64,000 nt of DNA from Bdellovibrio sp. GTDB lineage: Bacteria > Bdellovibrionota > Bdellovibrionia > Bdellovibrionales > Bdellovibrionaceae. The position numbers and the translations under genes are program-made. This document shows positions 31,372 through 41,263 of the stretch, piece after piece (position 1 is the first letter of the stretch; each line of letters begins with the position of its first letter). Location of the stretch: NCBI GenBank assembly GCA_036676395.1, contig JAKFCY010000002.1, positions 2,080,001-2,144,000 on the forward strand. The letters run 5' to 3'. The notes beneath the pieces were generated by a model. The model was given only the letters and a program-made list of their open reading frames with translations, did not search any database and was not told the DNA's origin.

Positions 31372-31472
31372 TTTTAAATTGGGGCAGATAAGGGCACAAA
31401 TTAACCACTTTACCCAGTGCGCCAAGCGTTTTTAGAGTGATTCTTTAACACCCATTTAGCTATGATTTTTTC

Positions 31473-33149
31473 ATGAAGAACCACTTAAGAATAATTACCT
31501 TTATATTTTTAGTATCAACTTCGGCTTTCGCTCAAAGCCCTTGGGATGAAGGCGTTGCGGTACCTGCTGGCGGCCGCACAAACATTCATAATTATTCAGC
31601 TCAGGATTTTGCAACCTATCGTGATAACGGAAAAATCCATGCGCAAATTTATCCTGTCTCGGTCACTGGCGCCCTTCCGCCTTATCAACCCGTTGTAAAT
31701 GTGATTGAAGATGATTCAGGTAATCCGTTAAAAGAAATTTTAAATGGTATAGTTCAAGGTGTTTCAGGAATTACCAGCTTTGATCAGGTCATGGCCAATC
31801 TTGGTTTACACCAATATCCGCTTGTTTCAGATACCGGAGTTTACCAAGTGCCTTACCCACGTGGTATTCGCCCCGAACACCGCATGGGGTTTGGTTTGAT
31901 CGAACGTAATGGCGCCACTGGTTTTACTTTTTCATGTGCCGCTTGCCATTCTAGCAACTTATTCGGAAAAACTGTCTTAGGCATGACGAATCGTTTCCCG
32001 ACAGCGAACGATTTTTTTGTGCAAGCAAAAAAAATGGCTCCGGCTGTAGATCTTTGGTTATTTAAATCTGTATCAGGCGCAAACGATGCTGAAACACAGC
32101 TAATGAAAGAACTTAAAACCAATATTCAACGTGTTGGCGCCAAAGCTCCCATTCAACTGGGCTTAGACACATCATTAGCACAAGTGGCGCTATCATTAAA
32201 TCATAGAAATCAAGATGCCTACGCAACACCTTCTAATTGGAATGAGTTATTTCCGCGCGCGGATGCGATCTTAGATCATAACCCTGCCGATTCAAAACCG
32301 ATGGTATGGTGGAATCTTAAATACAAAAATCGTTGGTTATCTGATGGCAGCATTTTAAGTGGTAACCCGATTTACACAAATATCATCTGGAATGAAATTG
32401 GCCGCGGGGTTGATTTAAAAATTTTAGAACAATGGCTTAAAGACAATCAAAAAGTTATCGATGAATTAACAACGGCTGTTTTTTCTTCTGAGGCTCCAAG
32501 ATTTACTGATTTTTACCCTGCAGAATTAATTAATATTGATACGGCCAAACAAGGCGAAAAGATTTTTAACCAAACGTGTTCTAAATGCCATGGTAATTAT
32601 GAAAAAGCCTGGAACTTGCCAAACGCTGACCAACTTACACATCTTGAAAAATTAGCAACGACAGTCGTGATTCCAAAAGCAAAAACACCGGTGATTGATG
32701 TGGGAACAGATCCATACCGCCGACAAGGTATGAAATCTTTAGAACAGTTAAATAATTTATCAATTTCTAAAGCGAACAAAATCGTCATCAAAGAACAAAA
32801 AGGTTATGTGCCGCCACCTCTGGTGGGCATTTGGGCGCGCTGGCCTTATTTTCATAATAACTCGGTACCATCGCTATGTGCAGTACTAACACCATCTGAA
32901 TTACGCCCGAAAACTTATTACGCAGGTGATGCCATTAACACAGCCACTGATTTTGACCCCGACTGCAACGGCTATCCTACGGCAGAACACACGCCAGCCA
33001 GTTGGAAACAAGAGCTTTTCTTTTATGATACAACTCGCAAAGGCATGAGTAACAGCGGTCATGACGTGGATATTTTTATAAAAGATGGTCAAGAGATCCT
33101 GACCTCAGCTGATAAAAAAGCTTTAATTAAATTTCTACAAACATTGTAA
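31473..33149 (+). CDS. secreted di-haem c-type cytochrome (RoxA / cytochrome c peroxidase-like superfamily)
   Basis: CAACH and CSKCH haem motifs; GYVPPPLVGIWARWPYFHNNSVPSL; SNSGH. Confidence 0.8.
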   Translation: MKNHLRIITFIFLVSTSAFAQSPWDEGVAVPAGGRTNIHNYSAQDFATYRDNGKIHAQIYPVSVTGALPPYQPVVNVIEDDSGNPLKEILNGIVQGVSGITSFDQVMANLGLHQYPLVSDTGVYQVPYPRGIRPEHRMGFGLIERNGATGFTFSCAACHSSNLFGKTVLGMTNRFPTANDFFVQAKKMAPAVDLWLFKSVSGANDAETQLMKELKTNIQRVGAKAPIQLGLDTSLAQVALSLNHRNQDAYATPSNWNELFPRADAILDHNPADSKPMVWWNLKYKNRWLSDGSILSGNPIYTNIIWNEIGRGVDLKILEQWLKDNQKVIDELTTAVFSSEAPRFTDFYPAELINIDTAKQGEKIFNQTCSKCHGNYEKAWNLPNADQLTHLEKLATTVVIPKAKTPVIDVGTDPYRRQGMKSLEQLNNLSISKANKIVIKEQKGYVPPPLVGIWARWPYFHNNSVPSLCAVLTPSELRPKTYYAGDAINTATDFDPDCNGYPTAEHTPASWKQELFFYDTTRKGMSNSGHDVDIFIKDGQEILTSADKKALIKFLQTL

Positions 33150-33175
33150 TTATTTAAAATGACGCTCTAAATTCA

Positions 33176-33214
33176 CTCTTGATTTCGGTTTACACTGTAA
33201 ACCGAAATCAAGAG
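33176..33214. terminator. 19-bp perfect inverted repeat between convergent genes
   Basis: CTCTTGATTTCGGTTTACA-c-TGTAAACCGAAATCAAGAG. Confidence 0.65.
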
Positions 33215-33251
33215 CGCCGAAAAGTAAGCACATTTAAAAAACTTCAGTTAG

Positions 33252-36200
33252 CTAGTAATAATCGATGTTACCCGTTGGCAGTGGGCCAAAGATGTCATCA
33301 AAATTGATCTCGCCGTTAATATAAATACTTTCGTGCGTGATCGAATGTTTATTTAAAAACTTTCTTAATGGCGGTATTTTATAACTTCCCCAGCTTTTTG
33401 CTGCGAATCTGCGACCCGCGTACTGCTCGTCGGTTTGTAAGCTTGAATAACTTGGGTGCACGCCGTAAATTTCGCCCATCACAAACATCTCATCATCATT
33501 TAAAATGTAATTTACTAAATCAATACCGTTTTCGCGAATGCGGATTGAATCTAACACTTTATAGTACTGTTTAAGAAATTTCCGGTCTTTCACAGTGTAT
33601 TTTTTCATATCTTTAACCGCATCTAAGAAGCGATTTAAGTCATATTCGTACGGGCAGTTATTACTGTTTTTTGCAGAACTATAGGCGCAAGATGTATCAC
33701 CTTTATAAGTGTTAGCAAATAAGCCTTCTAGCTGTTTCGGTGTGTATGATTTTAAAGTCCTTAACAAGGCATCACCGTAGACATAAATTCGCGTGTGGCC
33801 GTAAATCTTGCGGTACTTGTCGACTTGTTCTTTCGGTGGTAAGAAATAATCCGAATAAAACGGAGTATTCTTATCTTTTGAATAGAATTTATTTAAATCA
33901 GAGATGTATTCAACTAAGTTTTTACGGTTTAATTTTCTTTCATAATTCCACACTTCAAGATAAGCCACCATTTTATCTGGCTCAGCTTCATCAAGTTCAA
34001 TTGAAATCTTTGTCGTGTCTTTATAAACCACGGTCGCCATCTTATCGATCACTAAAATACTTTTATCAGCACCAAACAAACTGGTTTGTTCGCTGCTGTA
34101 GCGCTGAAAGTTTCTGACTTCTTTACCCGAAGTTTTAACTGTGGCTTTTGAGTAACCGGTCGCTTTTTCTTTTTTAAATAAGAATAAGAAACTGAGTGCT
34201 GATTTTTTTGTTTGGCCTTTAGCTTTGATATCCAAATCTTTTTTAGCCAAAACTAACGGATCACTATCGCCTGATTCTAAATAACGGCTTAGTAATTCTT
34301 GTTCTTCTTTAGCGCGCATCTGTTCTAACACATTAAAGTTTTCAACTGATTTTGGCGCCGAAAAGCGGTATAAAGCACTTTTGTGATCATAGAAATAACT
34401 TGTTTTGCTAAATTCTAAGAATGGCAGGTTAAATAAGATTAAATCTAAACCAGCATCAACACCCACTGATTGTGAATAACCAAACATTGAATTTTCGGCT
34501 TCATAAATCACTAATTGGTTAAACTGATCACGCGAAAAATATGTTGGCTTAGAATTTTGCCAAAATACACTCGCGCCTAAAGTGAGTGGCACACCGGCCA
34601 CAGCACCTACGGGCACTTTTGCGCCAACTGAAACACCGTAGCTATCAGAGATTTTTAAAACTTCGCTGCGATCAAGGCATTCAACGATGCAGTTTTTCCA
34701 GTGCGGGATAAAGTTAAATAATTTAACTTTGCTGGTGTAGCCCTCTTTCCAGGTATTGGCAAAATGGATGAATTCAAATTCACGACGCCACACTTTGATG
34801 TTGCCGCTAACAGATAATTTATCCGGAAACAACCCTTTTAAAGTTGAAAATAACGAAGAACCGACATTGATTTCTACGGCTAAACGATCGCGAATCACAA
34901 AGGCTTGCGACTGATCACCACGCATCACGTATTGGCTGTTGCTATCTACACTGCGAGTGAGCTCTAAACCGATACCACCTGCGATATCTTTAACATTTAA
35001 AACTTTTCCAAGATCTTGCGTCGCTGACAATGAAATCTCGTTAGACACTTTTGCTTGTAATTGATTATTTAAAGCATTCAATTTTGCAAAAGACGCAGCA
35101 CCTTGAAGAAGCAACGGCAGCAGTGTACTGCGCGGAAGTTCATAACTTACATAACCCTCATAATGGCTTACGACCACATCACCGTTTTTTACATTCTTAT
35201 TAGGGCTATAGGTTTTAAAATCGACAACTGGATAAATCGAAAATTCGCTTGTTAAACCAAATGCGCGCACGATTTCGTTACGGCGATTTGAAATTTTATG
35301 AATATATAAATCTTCGATATCTGCCGGAAACTCTGCACTTTTTACGGCATGCTTAATATCATCATGGCTAAGTTTAGCAATTTGGCGGGCCATCCATTTT
35401 AAATCAGAAAAAGTTGTTGTCTCATAGCGGTTACGAGTAAAGAAAATATCAGCCCAGTGAATTTTAACCCCGTCATTATCCCAGCTTAAAAACGTGTGAT
35501 CGTATGTGTTCACGCCCCAAGATAGGGCTGATTTTAACATTTGAAATGGGCGAAATGGATTAATTTGAAATTGCAACGAATAACCCACATCTTGCATAGA
35601 CATACGTGGCACTAAGCCTTTGTCGGTTTTTTCAAACATTAACATATGATTACCTGTTTTAGAGTCGATCATATTTACTAAACCGAACCATAAAACCTGT
35701 GCGCGATGTTCACGGCGATTTTGTAAATCCCAGCCTGCCGGGTCATAACCAGCGATTCTTAAAAACTTAGGGTCATTAATAGATAATTGCACATCTTGCA
35801 AAGTCACATATTTTCCAAAGCTGTCTTCACCGTGATTTAAAAGAAATGACGATAGCTCTTTATTAAGACCCGTGTATTTGCGCTTCCATTGAGCTTTGAA
35901 AGCCTCATAATCCATATCACCTTTAAAATACACGCGTAATGTTTTACGCATCACCGATGTATCTTGGTACATACCGATCATTTTACCTAATAATGAGGTC
36001 GTGATTTCAACGTGTGTTTCATGGCCCATTTTGATTTTTACTTCAACATCTTCGCCGTCGCGCTCGAATTCGCCTTCCATTTTAGGTGAGCCTGCAGACG
36101 AAAACTTTACTTTTTTGAAATAAATGATTTCGTTATCACGAGGAAACCAGTCTTGATGAAGATTTTGCGCTTCAGCATAAGATTCACGCGTGTGTTTTCT

Positions 36201-36920
36201 CCAAAGTGTTGCCTCGGCCGGGTTGTAAATCGAAATATCTACGCCGCAGGCTTTTAACTTTTGAATTTGAGACTGTTCTAAAATATCGCCGGCTTTAATT
36301 TCTGGAACACAGGTCTTGGTGCGCGCTAAATTTTCTGACTCTACTAATAAGTTAACGGCTTCAACCTTTTGTTCGTTTTTCTTATATTTAAAACCTAAAA
36401 AACTTTTACCGATAAATAAAACATCTAAGTCTTGGTGAAGAATATTACGTGGAGCTTCTGGAAGATAAAATCCAGTATATCCGGTGATAAAATCATCCAT
36501 AAGGCCTTCGCAGCTAAATTGCGGACGCGCCAGGACTACGCACTCTTTGAGTTGCTGCATTTTGGGAATTAAATATTGATCGTAAGCCAGAATGTATTTT
36601 GACTTATTTGCATCTAATTCTTTTTTAGCAGATTTAATCGCATCTTTGTGTGATTCGATTTCTAATTCAAGTTTTTCAATGATTTTAGTTTCATACATAT
36701 CACTGGCTAAAGATTTTTTCTCGACAGCTAAACGCTCTAAAAACTGATTGATTTTAGTTAAATCAAAAGCTCCGTTGGTTTTCAAATTTTGAGCGGTAAA
36801 GCGTTCTGCAGCGTGGTTATGCTCAGGCGCTAGCTTTGAGTGGTTCTGAGCCCATAAAGACCCAGAGAATACTGTTAAAGCAATTAAAAGACCGATCGAA
36901 TCTTGAATTGATTTTTTCAT
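33252..36920 (-). CDS. large secreted protein with a putative atypical kinase-like domain and beta-rich C-terminus
   Basis: ATG 36920 after AAAGGA; signal peptide; SAGSPK, KIKMGHETHVE, RREHR...NMIDSKTGN, DVGYSL. Confidence 0.6.
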   Translation of the reverse strand: MKKSIQDSIGLLIALTVFSGSLWAQNHSKLAPEHNHAAERFTAQNLKTNGAFDLTKINQFLERLAVEKKSLASDMYETKIIEKLELEIESHKDAIKSAKKELDANKSKYILAYDQYLIPKMQQLKECVVLARPQFSCEGLMDDFITGYTGFYLPEAPRNILHQDLDVLFIGKSFLGFKYKKNEQKVEAVNLLVESENLARTKTCVPEIKAGDILEQSQIQKLKACGVDISIYNPAEATLWRKHTRESYAEAQNLHQDWFPRDNEIIYFKKVKFSSAGSPKMEGEFERDGEDVEVKIKMGHETHVEITTSLLGKMIGMYQDTSVMRKTLRVYFKGDMDYEAFKAQWKRKYTGLNKELSSFLLNHGEDSFGKYVTLQDVQLSINDPKFLRIAGYDPAGWDLQNRREHRAQVLWFGLVNMIDSKTGNHMLMFEKTDKGLVPRMSMQDVGYSLQFQINPFRPFQMLKSALSWGVNTYDHTFLSWDNDGVKIHWADIFFTRNRYETTTFSDLKWMARQIAKLSHDDIKHAVKSAEFPADIEDLYIHKISNRRNEIVRAFGLTSEFSIYPVVDFKTYSPNKNVKNGDVVVSHYEGYVSYELPRSTLLPLLLQGAASFAKLNALNNQLQAKVSNEISLSATQDLGKVLNVKDIAGGIGLELTRSVDSNSQYVMRGDQSQAFVIRDRLAVEINVGSSLFSTLKGLFPDKLSVSGNIKVWRREFEFIHFANTWKEGYTSKVKLFNFIPHWKNCIVECLDRSEVLKISDSYGVSVGAKVPVGAVAGVPLTLGASVFWQNSKPTYFSRDQFNQLVIYEAENSMFGYSQSVGVDAGLDLILFNLPFLEFSKTSYFYDHKSALYRFSAPKSVENFNVLEQMRAKEEQELLSRYLESGDSDPLVLAKKDLDIKAKGQTKKSALSFLFLFKKEKATGYSKATVKTSGKEVRNFQRYSSEQTSLFGADKSILVIDKMATVVYKDTTKISIELDEAEPDKMVAYLEVWNYERKLNRKNLVEYISDLNKFYSKDKNTPFYSDYFLPPKEQVDKYRKIYGHTRIYVYGDALLRTLKSYTPKQLEGLFANTYKGDTSCAYSSAKNSNNCPYEYDLNRFLDAVKDMKKYTVKDRKFLKQYYKVLDSIRIRENGIDLVNYILNDDEMFVMGEIYGVHPSYSSLQTDEQYAGRRFAAKSWGSYKIPPLRKFLNKHSITHESIYINGEINFDDIFGPLPTGNIDYY

Positions 36921-36965
36921 ATCCTTTAACAGATACGAAATAAGTGCCAAAACCAGTTTGAGACG

Positions 36966-36980
36966 ATCTCAAAACGAGAC
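36966..36980. promoter_or_regulatory. palindromic operator-like site RTCTCA-N3-TGAGAY
   Basis: ATCTCA-aaa-CGAGAC, with an extra TGAGAC half site at 36959-36964. Confidence 0.5.
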
Positions 36981-37082
36981 GCCGTAATCGACTGTAATTC
37001 GTTTTGGTTAAACAAAGTTCTCTTTGTTTTTAATGGTTTTTTAATAGCGACAACTTTTGTAGACAGTGACCAGAGCGTAACT

Positions 37083-37388
37083 CTAAAACGAAACGCTCGG
37101 GCACATCCCACCCGCACCATGCGACGGACGCTCGATGCGGTGATTGAAATCATTTTTGATTTTATCTAAAACTTCAAAAAAGCTAACCGCCTTTTCATCT
37201 ATGATCGCTTCAAACTGCAACCCGCGAATAAAGGTTACGGCAGTGAATTCGCCCAGATGCTTTTCGATAGAAAGACTTACTTTACATTCAGGAGTTGTAT
37301 GTTGTTTGATATAATGAACTAGTCGCTGAGCGGATTCGTCCATTTCCATACTTACTGAAAATTTACTATAAGCAATATCTTCGAACAT
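37083..37388 (-). CDS. small protein, possibly HPF/RaiA-like fold
   Basis: AAGGGAG RBS; beta-alpha-beta-beta-beta-alpha hydrophobic pattern; downstream of a response regulator. Confidence 0.5.
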   Translation of the reverse strand: MFEDIAYSKFSVSMEMDESAQRLVHYIKQHTTPECKVSLSIEKHLGEFTAVTFIRGLQFEAIIDEKAVSFFEVLDKIKNDFNHRIERPSHGAGGMCPSVSF

Positions 37389-37426
37389 ATTAACTCCCTT
37401 TAGAACGTGAAACTCATTTCATGTCG

Positions 37427-37954
37427 CTAGTGTGATTTATAGATTAGAAACTTTTTGAATGAAAGCATGGCTTTAATAGTTTCAACAGCCACAGCTTTTT
37501 TAATTGGTTTTTTCATAAAAAACGGAACATAGTCGTTTTCATATTTTTTAATAACAGTGGCGAATTCTTTAATGCCCATTGAGCTGGTAAATAAAAATAA
37601 GGAATCGCTAAAACGGTATTTCTCCCATAAATCAATACCGGTTTTAAAGCCTGATAAATAAATATCAGCGATCACTAAATCAAAATCTTGATCTTGGGTG
37701 ATCTTTTGATTCATCAAAATCTCAGCCCCTTCTTCTGATTTTGACCACTTGATCGAAACGTTTGGAGAAACATCACGCAAGATGCTTTCCCAGATTGGTT
37801 GCATCGCGAAATCATCCTCAACGATTAACACGCTGAGTTTTTGTTTATGAGGTGATACGCTCATAAAGTTTTCATCGACCTTTTTGTTAAATGGCGCACC
37901 CGCCTCTAATAACGACTCATTCTCAATATAGTGAAGATAATCCAGTTCACCCAT
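37427..37954 (-). CDS. single-domain response regulator
   Basis: LIVEDD, VIADIYL, FTSS, MKKP; start at ATG 37954 after GGAGG. Confidence 0.85.
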   Translation of the reverse strand: MGELDYLHYIENESLLEAGAPFNKKVDENFMSVSPHKQKLSVLIVEDDFAMQPIWESILRDVSPNVSIKWSKSEEGAEILMNQKITQDQDFDLVIADIYLSGFKTGIDLWEKYRFSDSLFLFTSSMGIKEFATVIKKYENDYVPFFMKKPIKKAVAVETIKAMLSFKKFLIYKSH

Positions 37955-38217
37955 ACAGCCCTCCTTGTATTTCTGAAACTTTCTTAAATAGATGAAAATT
38001 ATTAGGCCATACGATTTTTGTAATGATTGGGAATTGGTTTCAAGAAATCCCAACATGTCATTTTTTTTCATTTTGATAAAATTTTGATGATCAAATCTAA
38101 AGCACATGTAAGATTCTGCACTAGGTTTTCGCTATTTAAGGTCTAGTTTTAACTATAATTTGTTGAACAGATTATTTGCATGCGTGCTCTAGCGTTTGCT
38201 GATAAACTTTTTTGATT

Positions 38218-40062
38218 GTGGCAACATTAATATCAGCATTCCAATTATCAAAATCTTTCGCTTCTAAAGAACTCTTCAAATCAATTTCTTTCGCAATTGA
38301 TACCGAACAAAAAATCGGATTAGTAGGACCAAACGGCGCAGGTAAATCAACACTCTTAAAAATTCTCAGTGGAGCAATGAAGCCAGACTCTGGCCAGTTA
38401 TCGACGTCGAATAGTTTACGCTTAGGTTACTTAGAGCAAAAACCAGCATTAGAAGCTGGCAAATCAATTTATGAAACTTTAGTTGAAGTGACTGATGATC
38501 CTTATGATGGAATCAATATCAGTTTAGCTTTTGAACTAATTAAACGTCTTTCATTAGATGAAACTGCTGAAGCTGAAAATACAGATGTAGGTAAATTATC
38601 TGGTGGCTGGCAAAAGCGCGTGGCTTTAGCCCGCGAGTTAATGAAACAACCTACTCTTTTACTTTTAGATGAGCCGACGAATCACTTGGATATTCAAAGT
38701 ATTTTATGGCTTGAAGATTTTATTGCGACACAAAATCAAATCTCATTTTTTATCGTAACCCATGACCGTGCGTTTTTACAAAACACGTGTACAGCGATTT
38801 ACGATTTAGATCCGCGCAATCCAGATGGGCTTATTAAGTCTATCGGTGATTACGGCCAGTATCTAGAAACAAAACAAATGATCATGGATAGCCAACGCCG
38901 CTTAGAAGAAAAAACTCGTAATACGATGTTAATCGAAAAAGCCTGGTTAGCCCGTGGCCCCCAAGCGCGTTTGAAAAAGCAACAAGCTCGTCAAAATCGC
39001 GCGCATGAATTAATTGATTCAGTTGATAAGTTAGAAAATAAAAATACCTTACGTAAATCTGATTTCGATTTTTCTACAACCGGCAATTCACCTAAAAAAT
39101 TAGTTGAATTAACCAAGGCCAGCAAAAGTTTTGGTCCTAGAACTCTGTTCTCTGATTTATCAGGAATGGTTCGTCCGAAAGCGCGTATCGGTTTACTTGG
39201 AACCAACGGTTGCGGAAAATCTACCTTAATTAAAATGATGTTAGGTTTAGAACAACCCACAAGTGGCGAAGTTTTCGTAAATCCTGATATTCAAATTAAT
39301 TACTTCGAGCAAGGTAAAGAAACGCTTAATCAAAATGTTCCGGTTATTAAAATCGTAGCTCCTGAAGGGGATTATGTTCATCTTCAAGGAAACCCTGTGT
39401 ATGCGCGCAGTTACTTAAGCCGCTTTCATTTTAATAATTTTCAAATGGACATGCCGGTTTCTAAATTATCAGGCGGAGAACAAAGCCGTCTTTTATTAGC
39501 CAAGCTTATGTTAACTTCAGCTCATGTATTAATTCTGGATGAGCCTACGAATGACTTAGACGTTGAAACACTGGATACGCTTTCAGAATGTTTAAATGAC
39601 TTTCCGGGCGCTTTAATTCTGGTATCGCATGATCGCTTTTTCTTAGATCAAAATACAACTGAGCTTTGGGCCTTTACTGAAAATCCTAAAGGCGAAATTA
39701 TTAAATTTGCAGATTATTACCAGTGGGAATCTTGGTACCGTAATGAAGGTATCGAAGCCAAAAAAGCAGGTATCGCTGCTGCCGAAGCTGCCGCTAAGGC
39801 CGCTGCAAATGCTCCTGTTAAATCAGGCTCTTCGAATAAAAAGCTTTCAAATAAAGAAGCCACTGAATACGAAAATATCGAAAAAAACATCGCTGTAAAA
39901 GAAGCGGAATTAACAAAGGTGCAAGCTGATTTAGATAAGTCAGAAAACCAGGTTAATCACGTGAAGCTTCAAGAACTAAGTTCTATGTCAGCATCGCTAG
40001 AAGCAGAGATCGCTAAGATGTATTCACGTTGGCAAGAATTAGAAGCTAAAGTTAAAAGCTAG
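38218..40062 (+). CDS. ABC-F family ATPase (Uup-like)
   Basis: Two ABC domains (GPNGAGKST/LSGGW/DEPTNHLD and GTNGCGKST/LSGGE/DEPTNDLD), no TM, C-terminal coiled coil ending RWQELE. Confidence 0.92.
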   Translation: MATLISAFQLSKSFASKELFKSISFAIDTEQKIGLVGPNGAGKSTLLKILSGAMKPDSGQLSTSNSLRLGYLEQKPALEAGKSIYETLVEVTDDPYDGINISLAFELIKRLSLDETAEAENTDVGKLSGGWQKRVALARELMKQPTLLLLDEPTNHLDIQSILWLEDFIATQNQISFFIVTHDRAFLQNTCTAIYDLDPRNPDGLIKSIGDYGQYLETKQMIMDSQRRLEEKTRNTMLIEKAWLARGPQARLKKQQARQNRAHELIDSVDKLENKNTLRKSDFDFSTTGNSPKKLVELTKASKSFGPRTLFSDLSGMVRPKARIGLLGTNGCGKSTLIKMMLGLEQPTSGEVFVNPDIQINYFEQGKETLNQNVPVIKIVAPEGDYVHLQGNPVYARSYLSRFHFNNFQMDMPVSKLSGGEQSRLLLAKLMLTSAHVLILDEPTNDLDVETLDTLSECLNDFPGALILVSHDRFFLDQNTTELWAFTENPKGEIIKFADYYQWESWYRNEGIEAKKAGIAAAEAAAKAAANAPVKSGSSNKKLSNKEATEYENIEKNIAVKEAELTKVQADLDKSENQVNHVKLQELSSMSASLEAEIAKMYSRWQELEAKVKS

Positions 40063-40226
40063 GCGACCCTTGGGAATTTCGATCTAATAGCTTATATAGA
40101 CGATTAACGCATATTGTGGTGTCAATATTCGTTACAGTTCAGAATGTTTTACCTGAGTGTGATTTTACCTCTGTAAGCCCCCCGAAAGTTTGTTATTTTA
40201 TGTCTTCATATGCGGGGGCATAATAT

Positions 40227-41126
40227 ATGTTTACACTAAAAAGAAGATCTAATTTAACAGTCGTTATATACCTTATGGTACATATTCTAGCGGCTACTTT
40301 AGTGTTCGGCTGTGAAAACCGTAAATCATTTTATGACAACAATAGAAGCGATATCAATTTAGTTCCGATTCAAATGGAGAATCCAGAAGATCCAATTCCT
40401 GATGAAGCGATTGATCAAGTTGATAATGATCAAATTATTGTTGATTTAGATAAACCAAAAACACCGCGCAGATCACGCGAAGGTGAAGAACCACCGCCAC
40501 CAATTGAACCTGAACTTGTTACACCAGCGCTGCCCGTGCCTGCGGCAGATGAACCAGTTGTTAATGACATTCCTGAAGTACCAGAACCGATCGTTGTGAA
40601 ACCAGCTCCGAAACCGACAACGCCGGCTAAACAAGATCCAAAATCGCCGGTCGCTCCCGGTGTTAACGAAGCTTCGCTTTTTATTAAAGCGGCTTTTTGG
40701 GTTGTGCAAAATGAAGCTCGTAAAATCGGAACTCCGTGCAACTTTTATGTTTCGCGTGTTTTAGTTTTAACTGGTTTTAGTAAAGATAGCTTTCGCGCGA
40801 ATGATTTTGATATTTATGCACGCAAAAATTTTTCAAGTTTCAAAAATGAAATTTTCAATACAAGCAATCTTGAATCTGAACGTGCTCGCTTAAAACGCCA
40901 TATTTGGTCTTATCCTCAGCGCACGCCGTTTATTATCCAATGGGAGCGCTCGGCGCCACAACCAGGCCATATCGCGATCGTAGAGCGAATTGGCGACCAA
41001 TTAGTTGTGTACCAAGCCAGCCTTAACCGTCATATCGCCCGTCGTGAACAGACAACGATAGACCGCCTGTTAAGCCACGCCCGCAAAGCGCGTATGACTG
41101 TGTACTCAGAATTCGTTGCAAGATAA
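40227..41126 (+). CDS. lipoprotein with Pro-rich linker and C-terminal CHAP/NlpC-P60-like Cys-His domain
   Basis: Lipobox LVFGC; PPPPIEP linker; PCNFYVSRVL ... GHIAIV. Confidence 0.6.
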   Translation: MFTLKRRSNLTVVIYLMVHILAATLVFGCENRKSFYDNNRSDINLVPIQMENPEDPIPDEAIDQVDNDQIIVDLDKPKTPRRSREGEEPPPPIEPELVTPALPVPAADEPVVNDIPEVPEPIVVKPAPKPTTPAKQDPKSPVAPGVNEASLFIKAAFWVVQNEARKIGTPCNFYVSRVLVLTGFSKDSFRANDFDIYARKNFSSFKNEIFNTSNLESERARLKRHIWSYPQRTPFIIQWERSAPQPGHIAIVERIGDQLVVYQASLNRHIARREQTTIDRLLSHARKARMTVYSEFVAR

Positions 41127-41263
41127 TTTTAGATAATTAAAATTACGTTCCAAATTTGCCTCGCACAGTGAGTGTTTCGCTGTGCAAGATCACGCAATCA
41201 CTTGACCAACCTCTTGGTATTAGCTGCAATAAGCATGTGCTAAACAAACCAAGAAAGGTTTTT

